Virus record (IMG/VR): IMGVR_UViG_3300021962_007611
Coordinates: 70 to 64,069 of that record
Direction: 5' to 3' (one strand)
DNA length: 64,000 bases
Source of the DNA: a virus
Lineage: Duplodnaviria; Caudoviricetes
Part shown: piece by piece, positions 48,583 to 58,258 of the stretch
Position numbering within the stretch: the first letter of the stretch is position 1
Layout of the letters: each line of letters opens with the position of its first letter
Position numbers and translations under genes: made by a program
Notes under the pieces: model-generated
The model's input: only the letters and a program-made list of their open reading frames with translations
What the model was told of the DNA's origin: nothing
Databases searched by the model: none

Positions 48583-50040
48583 ATGGATTTTAAATCTATA
48601 CTCAATAAACTAGACACTCTTTCTACTCCACCAAAAGGTGTTGAGGCACCTAAATTGCCTGATCCGATTAGATTAGACGAAGATATCGCTATGCACGTGT
48701 TAGCAGGTACTAAGACCCTAACTGAAGCTGCTGACCTAATGGAAAAGAAATTGTCTAAAGCAGAAAAAGACAAAAAAGAAGAAGTAGTTAAGTCTATGAA
48801 GAAAGACAAGAAGGGCTTCGAAAAGAGATATGGTAAGCGTGGCGAAGAAGTTATGCATGCCACTGCTACCAAGATCGCTAAAAAGAAAGCTGAAAGTGTC
48901 GATCTAGATGACGAAGCTATCGCTGAAGAAATGAAAGTCGGCGATACAAAGAAAACCCAACACGGTACGTTGACCAAGACATCAACCGGTGTTAAACATA
49001 CAAGAGATCATAAGCCAGAAGATGACGACGACTATGTTCCACCTAAGAAAGAAAAGAAAACAGCGATGACTGGTGCTGAGCGTCGTGAGCAAAAGGCCAA
49101 AGACAAAGAGCAGTCTAAGGCATCTAAAGATTATGAAAAGAAACATCCAGGTTCTGTAAAACGCTATGTCGACGGTAAACTCGTCAAAGAAGGCGGCATG
49201 GATCCAGTCGGTAAGGAAGATGATGACATCAATAACGATGGCAAAAAAGACAAGACTGACAAATATCTAAAAGCAAGACGCACTGCGATTTCAAAAGCTG
49301 TAGATAAAAAAGGTTCAACTAAAGAATCTCTATCATTCGCAACAGCACTAAAGGTCGTTAAAGAAAGCCGTGGTCAATTCCAAATTGATCCTATGGACAA
49401 GAACCTATGGACCTGGGCAGAACGTGTAGGCAAGAGCAAGTTCACAGAATCTGTTCAAGCACAGGCATTTGCTGCTGCTACCTACGAAAGAATGGGCGGT
49501 GAGTGGGGCCTACATAAAGTTATCACGGAAACTCAAAAAAAAACTTTAAGTGAGAGTCAAGTTCTCGACGAGGGCATGATTAACAAAATCATGTCCTTTA
49601 TTATGTCTAAAGTTGCTCCTAAGTTTTCAAGTGAAGAACAAAATCAAATGAAAGCTGTTGCACAAAAAGTTCTAGGAAAACCAAGTGCTGATACTTCGGA
49701 CTTTACATTAGATAATATCAAAGCCGTTGCCAAGGCATTAGGTGTTAAACAACCTGCTGCTGCTGAATCTATCGAAGAAGGACCAATAGATGCTGTAAAA
49801 GACTTTTTTGGTCAAAAGAAAGTAGATCCAAAAAGCGGCAAGGGAACTTTAGGTCCTGTTGATGCTTGGCACAAGGATGCTACCTTAGGAGATAAACTAA
49901 CTAGTGTTGCCGGAACCTTAGGCGGAACTGCTGCTACAATCGCTGGTTTCTTTGGAGGGCCAGGATGGTTGATTATTCCAGGTATTTTAGCATTAATGAT
50001 TTTAAGTCAAGTTGGTCTGAGCAAGAGCGACGCTACCTAA
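48583..50040 (+). CDS. putative prohead-core/internal polyprotein with C-terminal TM hairpin
   Basis: Lys/Glu-rich with about 10 [ILVF]xE sites, a DINNDGKKD loop and a hydrophobic C-terminus. Confidence 0.6.
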   Translation: MDFKSILNKLDTLSTPPKGVEAPKLPDPIRLDEDIAMHVLAGTKTLTEAADLMEKKLSKAEKDKKEEVVKSMKKDKKGFEKRYGKRGEEVMHATATKIAKKKAESVDLDDEAIAEEMKVGDTKKTQHGTLTKTSTGVKHTRDHKPEDDDDYVPPKKEKKTAMTGAERREQKAKDKEQSKASKDYEKKHPGSVKRYVDGKLVKEGGMDPVGKEDDDINNDGKKDKTDKYLKARRTAISKAVDKKGSTKESLSFATALKVVKESRGQFQIDPMDKNLWTWAERVGKSKFTESVQAQAFAAATYERMGGEWGLHKVITETQKKTLSESQVLDEGMINKIMSFIMSKVAPKFSSEEQNQMKAVAQKVLGKPSADTSDFTLDNIKAVAKALGVKQPAAAESIEEGPIDAVKDFFGQKKVDPKSGKGTLGPVDAWHKDATLGDKLTSVAGTLGGTAATIAGFFGGPGWLIIPGILALMILSQVGLSKSDAT

Positions 50041-50057
50041 ATTATCATTTGGTAAAC

Positions 50058-50103
50058 AAAAGCCAGTCAACCCATTGACTGGCTTTTTTATTGACTATAT
50101 AAT
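50058..50103 (+). terminator. intrinsic terminator overlapping a sigma70 promoter
   Basis: aaaagccagtcaa-ccca-ttgactggctttt stem plus T-run; TTGACT(50075)-17 nt-TATAAT(50098). Confidence 0.8.
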
Positions 50104-50128
50104 ATACATTATTAACCGGAGTCAATAA

Positions 50129-50389
50129 ATGGCAAAAATGTACGGACCTGAAGAAAAGGCTAAACTAGAAAGATTAATCAACGAAGGCGGAAACGTACTT
50201 CGTGAAATTGAAGATTTACAAGAGGGTCTAAAAGAAACTGTTAAGGCGGTAGCAGACGAACTTCAAGTCAAACCCAGCATCATTAACAAAGCGATCAAGA
50301 TCGCACACAAAGATAATTGGAAAGCCCACGAAGAAGAATGGGATGAAATTGAAATGATTCTCGGTGTTACTAAAAAGTTACCTGAATGA
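50129..50389 (+). CDS. putative dsDNA-binding protein (T4 DsbA/GapR-like)
   Basis: 86-aa helical protein, EIEDLQEGLKETVKAV...KAIKIAHK; resemblance only. Confidence 0.5.
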   Translation: MAKMYGPEEKAKLERLINEGGNVLREIEDLQEGLKETVKAVADELQVKPSIINKAIKIAHKDNWKAHEEEWDEIEMILGVTKKLPE

Positions 50390-50679
50390 TTAATACAATA
50401 TTTGGCCCTACTATACAATGGATCAAAGATGATTGGCATAGCAGTCCTTTCCGTTTTATCATCGAGCTGCTTGCTTGGGCTATATCGATCGGCTGTTCAA
50501 TCACAATGGCCCTTACAGTCCCAACTCCACCTTTGCTCATTCTTTATCCTATTTGGATCCTCGGCTGTGCTATGTATGGTTGGGCTGCTTATACTAGGAA
50601 ATCATTTGGCATGTTGGCTAACTACCTCTTGCTAGTCACTATAGATAGCCTCGGCCTGATAAGAATGATAATTAATTAA
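50386..50679 (+). CDS. small three-TM membrane protein
   Basis: Hydrophobic helices. Confidence 0.7.
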   Translation: MINTIFGPTIQWIKDDWHSSPFRFIIELLAWAISIGCSITMALTVPTPPLLILYPIWILGCAMYGWAAYTRKSFGMLANYLLLVTIDSLGLIRMIIN

Positions 50680-50694
50680 TATACAGTAAGGTTC

Positions 50695-50744
50695 GGTCAG
50701 CCATAAATGATCTGTTTGGTTTGCCAGCCGCAAGTGGCAAGGAG
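50695..50744 (+). promoter_or_regulatory. tandem hairpins abutting the polymerase RBS (putative translational operator)
   Basis: GGUCA-GCCAUAAA-UGAUC and UUGCCA-GCCGCAAG-UGGCAA; AGGAG at 50740. Confidence 0.55.
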
Positions 50745-50750
50745 AAAAAT

Positions 50751-53417
50751 TTGAGTTACGTTGACGCATTTTACAATCGCGATCAGGATACTATCCATAT
50801 CGTTGAACGAGACGATAAAGGAAATAGGCATTTTAAAGAATATCCTGCTCGTCATATCTTTTATTTCCAAGACCCTAAGGGCAAATACACAAGCATCAAT
50901 GGCGATCCTTTAAGCCGTGTGACTTGTAAGAATCTCAAAGATCTACACAAAGAATTAAAAATACACAGCGGAATGAAGCTGTATGAATCCGATATCAATC
51001 CGATATATCGAATATTAGAAGATCAATATCTTAATCAAGATTCCCCTAAATTATATACAGCGTTCTTTGATATTGAAGTTGATTTTGATCCCGAACGTGG
51101 ATACGCATCCCCGGAGGATGCGTTCATGCCGATTACCGCTATCGCTGTCTATCTTCAGTGGTTAGAGACTATGGTCTGCTTGGCTATTCCGCCAAAAACT
51201 ATGACTATGGAGCAGGCCGTTGAAGCAGTTAAAGAGTTTCCTAATACATATATTTTCGAAACCGAAGCAGAGCTGTTAGATAACTTTCTTAATCTGATTC
51301 AAGATGCTGACATCTTAAGTGGCTGGAACTCAGAAGGCTTTGATATTCCCTATACTGTTAATCGTGTTACCAAAGCATTAAGCAAGGACGATACTCGCAG
51401 ATTCTGTCTTTGGGAGCAATATCCTAAAAAGCGTGAATATGAAAAATATGGTAGAACGGCATTAACCTATGATATCGTAGGCAGAGTCCATATAGACTAT
51501 CTTGAGCTGTATCGCAAATATACTTATGAAGAACGCCATACATATCGATTAGATGCTATCGCAGAATACGAGCTGGGAAAGACTAAAACACAATACGAAG
51601 GCACATTGGATCAACTGTATAACAATGATTTCCGTAAGTTCATCGAATATAACAGACAAGACTGTCAACTTCTAGACGATCTCGATAAGAAACTACAGTT
51701 CCTAGATCTTGCCAATAAGATCGCACACGAAAACACAGTTCTATTACAGACCACAATGGGTGCTGTAGCTGTTACTGAACAGGCCATCATTAACGAAGCA
51801 CATCGCAGAGGTTTTATAGTACCCAATCGAATCAGAAGAGAACCCGGTTCAGAACCTGCGGCAGGTGCGTATGTTGCCTATCCTAAGAAAGGCATCCACG
51901 AATGGATCGGATCTGTTGACATCAACTCACTGTATCCTAGTGCTATTCGTGCCTTGAACATGGCGCCCGAGACCATCATAGGTCAATTACGCCAAGACTA
52001 CACTAAAAACTATATTGATCAAGAAATGGGCAAGGGCAAGTCATTTGCTGCCGCATGGGAAGGTGTATTTGGTAGTTTAGAATATGAGTTCGTTATGGAA
52101 CGAAATGTCGCTAAGGAAATCACCATCGACTGGGAAAGTGGCGGCAGCGATATCCTCAGCGGTGCCCAAATCTATGATCTTATATTTGAAAGCAACCAGC
52201 CTTGGATGCTAAGTGCTAATGGCACTATCTTCACTTACGAAAAAGAAGGTATCATTCCTGGACTGTTAAAGCGTTGGTATGCTGAACGTAAAGAGATGCA
52301 GGCTAAACTCAAAGAATGTATACAAGCAGGCAACAAAGTTGAAGAAGAATATTGGGACAAGCGGCAATTGGTTAAGAAAATTAACTTGAACAGTTTGTAT
52401 GGTGCTATTCTTAATCCCGGTTGTAGATTCTTTGATAACCGCATCGGCCAATCAACTACACTCAGCGGTAGGCAGATTGTCAAGCACATGGCTAGTAAGA
52501 TCAACGAGATTGCCACAGGCGAATACGATTACAAAGGCAAAGCAGTTATCTACGGCGATACTGACTCTTGTTACTTCTCTGCGTATCCTGTGCTGAAAAA
52601 AGAAATAGAGTCTGGCAAACTTCCTTGGACTAAAGAAACGATCGTACAACTCTATGATCAAATCGCAGATGAAGTCAATGCCAGCTTTCCTAAGATGATG
52701 CAGGATAAATTCCATTGTCCAAAGACCCGTGGCGAAGTAATTAAAGCTGGACGTGAAATCGTCGCATCAAAAGGTTTATTCATTACAAAGAAACGGTATG
52801 CTGTTCTTTATTACGATAAAGAAGGTAAACGAACAGACGTAGATGGTAAGCCAGGTAAGATCAAGGCCATGGGCTTGGATCTAAAACGTAGCGATACTCC
52901 TGTGATCATCCAAGATTTCTTGAGTCAAGTATTAGAAAAAGTACTAAATGGTGTGCCCAAGGACGAAATCCTCGAGTATATAACCAATTTCAGAACTGAA
53001 TTTAAAACTAGACCTGGCTGGGAGAAAGGTTCTCCAAAACGAGCTAATAATATTACAGAATATGCGGCCAAGGAAAAGAAACAAGGCAAGGCAAATATGC
53101 CAGGTCACGTTCGTGCTTCTTTGAATTGGAATACTTTAAAGCGTATGCATGATGACAAATATTCTATGGGCATCACTGACGGTGCTAAAGTCATCGTCTG
53201 TAAGGTCAAAGATAATCCAATGGGATATACATCAGTTGCTTATCCTGTTGATGAACTTAGGTTGCCGCAATGGTTCAAAGACTTGCCCTTTAATGACGGC
53301 GAGATGGAAACTGCCGTCATTGATGAAAAACTAGAAAACCTTATCGGTGTTTTGGAATGGGACATCAGCAGTACAAGGTCGGATAATACATTCAATAAAT
53401 TGTTTGACTTTGAGTAA
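50751..53417 (+). CDS. polB: family B DNA polymerase (gp43-like)
   Basis: FDIEV ExoI, GWNSEGFD ExoII, YNRQD ExoIII, DINSLYPS, KINLNSLYG, YGDTDS, KKRYA; TTG start 50751. Confidence 0.95.
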   Translation: MSYVDAFYNRDQDTIHIVERDDKGNRHFKEYPARHIFYFQDPKGKYTSINGDPLSRVTCKNLKDLHKELKIHSGMKLYESDINPIYRILEDQYLNQDSPKLYTAFFDIEVDFDPERGYASPEDAFMPITAIAVYLQWLETMVCLAIPPKTMTMEQAVEAVKEFPNTYIFETEAELLDNFLNLIQDADILSGWNSEGFDIPYTVNRVTKALSKDDTRRFCLWEQYPKKREYEKYGRTALTYDIVGRVHIDYLELYRKYTYEERHTYRLDAIAEYELGKTKTQYEGTLDQLYNNDFRKFIEYNRQDCQLLDDLDKKLQFLDLANKIAHENTVLLQTTMGAVAVTEQAIINEAHRRGFIVPNRIRREPGSEPAAGAYVAYPKKGIHEWIGSVDINSLYPSAIRALNMAPETIIGQLRQDYTKNYIDQEMGKGKSFAAAWEGVFGSLEYEFVMERNVAKEITIDWESGGSDILSGAQIYDLIFESNQPWMLSANGTIFTYEKEGIIPGLLKRWYAERKEMQAKLKECIQAGNKVEEEYWDKRQLVKKINLNSLYGAILNPGCRFFDNRIGQSTTLSGRQIVKHMASKINEIATGEYDYKGKAVIYGDTDSCYFSAYPVLKKEIESGKLPWTKETIVQLYDQIADEVNASFPKMMQDKFHCPKTRGEVIKAGREIVASKGLFITKKRYAVLYYDKEGKRTDVDGKPGKIKAMGLDLKRSDTPVIIQDFLSQVLEKVLNGVPKDEILEYITNFRTEFKTRPGWEKGSPKRANNITEYAAKEKKQGKANMPGHVRASLNWNTLKRMHDDKYSMGITDGAKVIVCKVKDNPMGYTSVAYPVDELRLPQWFKDLPFNDGEMETAVIDEKLENLIGVLEWDISSTRSDNTFNKLFDFE

Positions 53418-53424
53418 ATTGCGG

Positions 53425-53453
53425 TTGCTTTTTACTCTAGATCTAAATATAAT
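53425..53453 (+). promoter_or_regulatory. sigma70 promoter with an overlapping TAAATA box
   Basis: TTGCTT-17 nt-TATAAT; TAAATA at 53444-53449. Confidence 0.6.
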
Positions 53454-53476
53454 CTTAATATACAGGAGAACTTTCA

Positions 53477-54214
53477 ATGAAAGACATTTTACAAGACATC
53501 GTGTCACATACACAAAACCTAGGCTTCTTAACTACAGTTAAAGTAACAGGCTCTGAAAAAGGCACAGACATTTTTTCTATGGCAGATGATCGTTCAGTGA
53601 TCATGGAAGCTGCTACGCACAATCCATATCCAGATATGATCGGTACTTTTGGTATGCCTCAATTACAGAAATTGAAATATCTGCTAGATGGACCGGAATA
53701 CAAAGAAGATGCTAAGATCAATATTATCTCAGCAGAACGCAACGGTGAAACGATTCCAGTAGGCATCCACTTTGAAAATAAAGGCGGTGACTTCAAAAAC
53801 GATTATCGTTTTATGAATCAGGAAATCATCAATGAAAAGATGAAGACTGTTAAGTTCCGTGGTGTTAAGTGGGACGTAGAGGTTGAACCAAGCGTTGCAT
53901 CTGTACAGCGTTTCAATTTTCAAGCAGGTGCTCACAGCGAACATCCAACATTCTTAGCCAAGACAGACGGCGGTAACCTAAAGTTCATCTTCGGCGATGC
54001 GTCGACACACGGTGGCGAGTTTGTATTCGCACAGAACGTAGCAGGTAAACTTGATCGCGGATGGACTTGGCCGGTGCTACCAATCCTAAGTATCTTAAAA
54101 GTAGCAGACGTAAACAATACAAAGATGAGCCTAAGTAACGAGGGTGCTATACAGATCACTCTAGACAGTGGTGTGGCAGTTTACAAATACATTATTCCAG
54201 CACAACAGCAATAA
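53477..54214 (+). CDS. probable sliding clamp (PCNA/gp45-like)
   Basis: 245 aa right after polB, beta-rich, C-terminal YKYIIPA; clamp loader present in the window; fold is inferred. Confidence 0.45.
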   Translation: MKDILQDIVSHTQNLGFLTTVKVTGSEKGTDIFSMADDRSVIMEAATHNPYPDMIGTFGMPQLQKLKYLLDGPEYKEDAKINIISAERNGETIPVGIHFENKGGDFKNDYRFMNQEIINEKMKTVKFRGVKWDVEVEPSVASVQRFNFQAGAHSEHPTFLAKTDGGNLKFIFGDASTHGGEFVFAQNVAGKLDRGWTWPVLPILSILKVADVNNTKMSLSNEGAIQITLDSGVAVYKYIIPAQQQ

Positions 54215-54579
54215 TGATCAAAGGTTTACAAGGCACAATAGGTATTACGGTTAGTGCCGGCAATACCTCCCTACCGTATGTAGGACCAAACACGAGCAAT
54301 CCAATGACTGGAATGATTCGTATCAACGGTACTGAACTAGAAGTATTCAACGGTAGCAATTGGCAGACAATATCTACCAGCTATGCCACAGTAAGCCTAG
54401 ATCAAGATGTTTTAGACATTGTACAATGGGCTCGTAAAAAACGTCAAGAAGAAGATGATTGGTACAAACTGGCTTCATCTAATGAAGCAGTTCGTATCGC
54501 ATTAGAACAACTAGAACAGGCAAAGACAAGATTAGAACTTACAACAATTTTAGCGAGAGATCATGAAACAACCAGTTAA
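54214..54579 (+). CDS. hypothetical protein
   Basis: GMIRIN...LEVFNGSNW followed by a coiled coil. Confidence 0.65.
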   Translation: MIKGLQGTIGITVSAGNTSLPYVGPNTSNPMTGMIRINGTELEVFNGSNWQTISTSYATVSLDQDVLDIVQWARKKRQEEDDWYKLASSNEAVRIALEQLEQAKTRLELTTILARDHETTS

Positions 54580-56086
54580 CCTAACACCATTACAAAAAGA
54601 CTACGCAGTCTATTTGCCTGCGATTAGTTGCTTTTTTTCAACATACGTCAGCAAACAACGATACGAAGAATTTGTTCCGCAGGATCGTATTCCTAAAGGC
54701 TTTGACCGCGGCATTGAGGGCATGAATTTCCTTAATCCTGAACAAGGGTACTTTACTTACAAATATGGATTATATTCAGCAGGTCACGCACAGTTAGATC
54801 TTGAAAAAACAATGAAACAAGACAGCATGATCCAACAACGCGATCGTGCTAATACAGTGATCGTCGGTGATTCAGGCGGATATCAGATTGGTAAAGGTGT
54901 TCTTAAATTTGACTGGCAAAACTTTGATGGTCCTAGTGCCAACAAAACTCGTGATAGTATTCTTAATTGGTTAGAGTTAACTGCTGATTGGTCTATGTTA
55001 TTAGACGTTCCTACTTGGGCCTGTGACCATATTCATAGTCCAAAGACTGGTTTAAAGAGTTTTGATGATTGTCTAGATAAAACACTACACAATAACGATT
55101 ACTTCATCCGTAATCGATTAGGACAAACTAAATTCCTAAATGTTCTACAAGGCAGTGACTGGGAAACAGCACAGGCTTGGTACGAAGCAGTTAAACATTT
55201 GCCCACCGAAGGTTGGGCGATGGGTGGTAAAAATATGTGCGATATGGAAGTCGCATTAAAAAGGCTTATTATTCTAAGAGACGAAAAGCTCTTAGATGAT
55301 AGGAACTGGATGCACTTCTTAGGTACAGCCCAGTTAGATTGGAGTTGTTATTTAACGTCGATTCAACGACAAGTGAGAGAACATATCAATGAAAACTTTA
55401 CCATATCTTTTGATTGTGCCAGCCCGTTTATCGCAACAGCACACGGACTCGTCTACACAAATGCCCAACACACAAACAAACGCTGGTCAGTCATCATGGA
55501 CAAAGCCCCAGACAACAAAGCCCTTAGCCAGGCTTTTCATGTCCCATTCCCGTTCGAATCAGAGATCGGACGCAGACTCAGCCAAGGCGACATCTGCTGG
55601 TACAAACCAGGAATGCTCAACAAAGTAGGAAAAGAAGGCAAAACATCGTGGGATAGTTTTGGCTATGCTCTAATGATGGCGCATAACACCTATTGCCATA
55701 TTGTCGCTGTACAACGAGCCAACAATCTCACTGATATCGAAACTACTAGATTCGCCCCCGATTGGAGAGAATGGAAAAAGATCAAAGATGCTGATATGAG
55801 TGACGAATACTCAGATTGGGTTCCTAGAAATGTTTTATATTTTGATCGATTTGTTAAAGAGCTGTTCAAAAGCGAAACACCGATGCAGATGATTGATGAT
55901 GCTAAACCTATGTTAGCGGATATGATGGGTATGCGACTCAAAGGTGGCGTAGCCAAAAATAATTTCAATTCACTATTCCAAGAAGAACAAAAATTGGGCA
56001 GTGTCGAAGATTTCATGGATCCCGAAGATGAAAAACTTCGTGAACTTGAAGAACTTTATTACGAACAGGAGGCTCAGAATGTATGA
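54563..56086 (+). CDS. dpdA: tRNA-guanine transglycosylase-like protein (DpdA-like)
   Basis: GDSGGYQ, MLLDVP, NVLQG, WAMGG, HFLGT, FDCASP, HN; queD and folE in the window. Confidence 0.7.
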   Translation: MKQPVNLTPLQKDYAVYLPAISCFFSTYVSKQRYEEFVPQDRIPKGFDRGIEGMNFLNPEQGYFTYKYGLYSAGHAQLDLEKTMKQDSMIQQRDRANTVIVGDSGGYQIGKGVLKFDWQNFDGPSANKTRDSILNWLELTADWSMLLDVPTWACDHIHSPKTGLKSFDDCLDKTLHNNDYFIRNRLGQTKFLNVLQGSDWETAQAWYEAVKHLPTEGWAMGGKNMCDMEVALKRLIILRDEKLLDDRNWMHFLGTAQLDWSCYLTSIQRQVREHINENFTISFDCASPFIATAHGLVYTNAQHTNKRWSVIMDKAPDNKALSQAFHVPFPFESEIGRRLSQGDICWYKPGMLNKVGKEGKTSWDSFGYALMMAHNTYCHIVAVQRANNLTDIETTRFAPDWREWKKIKDADMSDEYSDWVPRNVLYFDRFVKELFKSETPMQMIDDAKPMLADMMGMRLKGGVAKNNFNSLFQEEQKLGSVEDFMDPEDEKLRELEELYYEQEAQNV

Positions 56087-56276
56087 AAGAAGAATTAAGC
56101 ATTTGGAAGAAGCCCACAGGGCTATTGATAAACAGATTGAAACTTTGGAAAGAACTGGCAATTTTACCGACCAACGATTAACTGATTTGAAGAAACATAA
56201 GTTGACTTTGAAGGATGAAATTGTTATACTTAAACAAAAGCAATTAGCACACGACAACAAAATAATCCAATCATGA
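56079..56276 (+). CDS. DUF465/YdcH-like coiled-coil protein
   Basis: LEEAHRAIDKQI...LKKHKLTLKDEI; AGGAGG SD. Confidence 0.7.
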   Translation: MYERRIKHLEEAHRAIDKQIETLERTGNFTDQRLTDLKKHKLTLKDEIVILKQKQLAHDNKIIQS

Positions 56277-56725
56277 AAAAAGAATTAGACGAAGCACTCT
56301 GTGCCAAGTATCCTAAGATATTTAGAGATCGTCATGCGCCTATGACCGAAACTGCTATGTGCTGGGGATTTGATGTAGGTAATGGATGGTATCAGATACT
56401 TGACAGTCTCTGCGGCAATATACAACACTATGTTGATTGGAAGAATCGTAGTGCTGAAGCAGGCTACAAAGATTTTAAACCAGTTCCGCAAGTAGTTGCT
56501 GTACAAGTTAAGGAAAAGTTCGGTGGTCTTCGTTTCTACTATGAGGGCGGTGACGAAAATATTTCAGGTATGGTGCGTATGGCCGAATCCTGGGCAAGTC
56601 ATACCTGCGAAGAATGCGGTCAGCCTGGTAAGCATCGCAGTGGTGGTTGGATCCGCACACTCTGTGATAAACATGAAGAAGAATATCAAGAACGCAATCT
56701 TCTTAAACAAGGACTCGAAGGATGA
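56273..56725 (+). CDS. hypothetical phage protein with zinc ribbon
   Basis: QVKEKFGGLRFY, CEECG, WIRTLC. Confidence 0.75.
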   Translation: MKKELDEALCAKYPKIFRDRHAPMTETAMCWGFDVGNGWYQILDSLCGNIQHYVDWKNRSAEAGYKDFKPVPQVVAVQVKEKFGGLRFYYEGGDENISGMVRMAESWASHTCEECGQPGKHRSGGWIRTLCDKHEEEYQERNLLKQGLEG

Positions 56726-57279
56726 AGCGTAATTATAAAGAAGGTGTTCATTCCGAGATTACATTCTTTACAGGGGTAGAGATTGAAAAGACTCCTGCCT
56801 ACGGGATGAAGACTTTGTTCGTAGTCGGAGTTCACGATCCTTATACAATTTTAGATATTGTAAAAGAATCTAGATCATATACTGATCAATCTAAACATAT
56901 AACACACATTTACTTTGGTGCTAATCAAAGTTTTCATACTAAAGGTGTAAATGATGCCGAAGGATGGCGTCCTTGGGAGAACATGATTTATGTTTGCCTA
57001 GACAGCGAATATGATCTTTGGTGTACATTAGATTTTGATGTCAGCGAAACGGAAGGATTACTTGAGAGCGGTCTTACCGAAAAACGTAGATTTATTCCGC
57101 AGATTAGTGTAAAATTACCTTATCTAAATCAATTAGGCTACAATGCTACATTAAAGATAGACGACAAAAATTTTAAAGCAACCAATCCTGGGGTATGGTG
57201 CCATAACCTACAGGACCTTTTAGGAAGAGATCGCTTCACTGATTGGGATCAATATGGCAAAGATGAGATTATAAAATAA
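56722..57279 (+). CDS. hypothetical protein in the deazaguanine neighbourhood
   Basis: FTGVEIEKTP, TLFVVG, HIYFGANQSF, TNPGVWCH. Confidence 0.75.
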   Translation: MKRNYKEGVHSEITFFTGVEIEKTPAYGMKTLFVVGVHDPYTILDIVKESRSYTDQSKHITHIYFGANQSFHTKGVNDAEGWRPWENMIYVCLDSEYDLWCTLDFDVSETEGLLESGLTEKRRFIPQISVKLPYLNQLGYNATLKIDDKNFKATNPGVWCHNLQDLLGRDRFTDWDQYGKDEIIK

Positions 57280-57629
57280 TGGGTACAATGGGATATGCCA
57301 ATGTTGTTGGCTCTAAACAAGCAGCAATTAGGCCTGCTCGTAAAATTAGGAAAGAAAAAGTGAAACTTACATTTAAACAACGCATTCGTAATTGGTTGAA
57401 TAGCGATGAGCTAGAACAAGATATTCCGCAACTAGTAGAAGGCGATCGTCTGTCTAGCGAAGGTATGCGTCTACAAGTTTATAGAGCCAGCGGCGGATAT
57501 GTTGTAGAAACTCGTAGTTACGATCATCACAAGGATCGCAATCTTAATTCAATGCATGTAATCACTGAAGATCAAGATCTCGGTGACGCACTGGGTAAAA
57601 TTGTTATGATGGAGGCACTAAAGAGATGA
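57279..57629 (+). CDS. hypothetical protein
   Basis: 116 aa, translationally coupled. Confidence 0.65.
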   Translation: MGTMGYANVVGSKQAAIRPARKIRKEKVKLTFKQRIRNWLNSDELEQDIPQLVEGDRLSSEGMRLQVYRASGGYVVETRSYDHHKDRNLNSMHVITEDQDLGDALGKIVMMEALKR

Positions 57630-57844
57630 AACAAAATTTTAAATCCTATACTGTTAAAGAAAGCAAGGCATATCGTGTTCGAATTGAATCTTGGGAAGCA
57701 TTGGCTCCGAAAGGATTGGTTTCTATTGAAATCATTCAAGAATGCCTAAATAGCGACGGAGAGGTTGATTCTAGTAGCACATACAGTTATAATATGACTA
57801 GAGACGAAATTGCTAATCTTTGTAAAGGCCTTCTAGCAGCATGA
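57626..57844 (+). CDS. hypothetical protein
   Basis: 72 aa, ATGA overlaps. Confidence 0.55.
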   Translation: MKQNFKSYTVKESKAYRVRIESWEALAPKGLVSIEIIQECLNSDGEVDSSSTYSYNMTRDEIANLCKGLLAA

Positions 57845-58239
57845 CAACTATTCGACAAGACGTTCGACCCAATAAAATGATTTGGGTCACTTTCCGCAAA
57901 GAAGGTATCCACAAGTATCCCGCAGCCGCAACAGACCCCAACCTAGCAACAGGAGATGAATATGATGTTTCGTTTTTGGCTAATCCTCATCGCCATATTT
58001 TTCACTTTAGGGTTTGGCTTAGTGTCACCCACAATGACAGAGATGTGGAATTTATACAATTCAAGCGATGGCTCGAAAAACTGTATTCTAGCAACGAAGG
58101 TGTATTGTCGCTAGACTACAAAAGTTGTGAGATGATGAGCGATGATTTATACGCTCAGATTCACGCAAAATATCCAGACCGTGAGGTTTGGATTGAGGTC
58201 TCCGAAGATGGAGAAAATGGTTCATTCATCAAATACTAA
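57841..58239 (+). CDS. dpdL: QueD-paralogous T-fold protein (DpdL-like CDG decarboxylase)
   Basis: LANPHRHIF (LxxxHRHxF in place of CxxxHGH), RDVEF, SCEM, VSEDGENG. Confidence 0.6.
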   Translation: MTTIRQDVRPNKMIWVTFRKEGIHKYPAAATDPNLATGDEYDVSFLANPHRHIFHFRVWLSVTHNDRDVEFIQFKRWLEKLYSSNEGVLSLDYKSCEMMSDDLYAQIHAKYPDREVWIEVSEDGENGSFIKY

Positions 58240-58258
58240 ATTAAAAGGAAATATCACG

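Noticed and set aside
50751-53417. Intein or intron in the DNA polymerase
   Set aside because: Length and motif order fit an uninterrupted PolB; no splice motifs were seen
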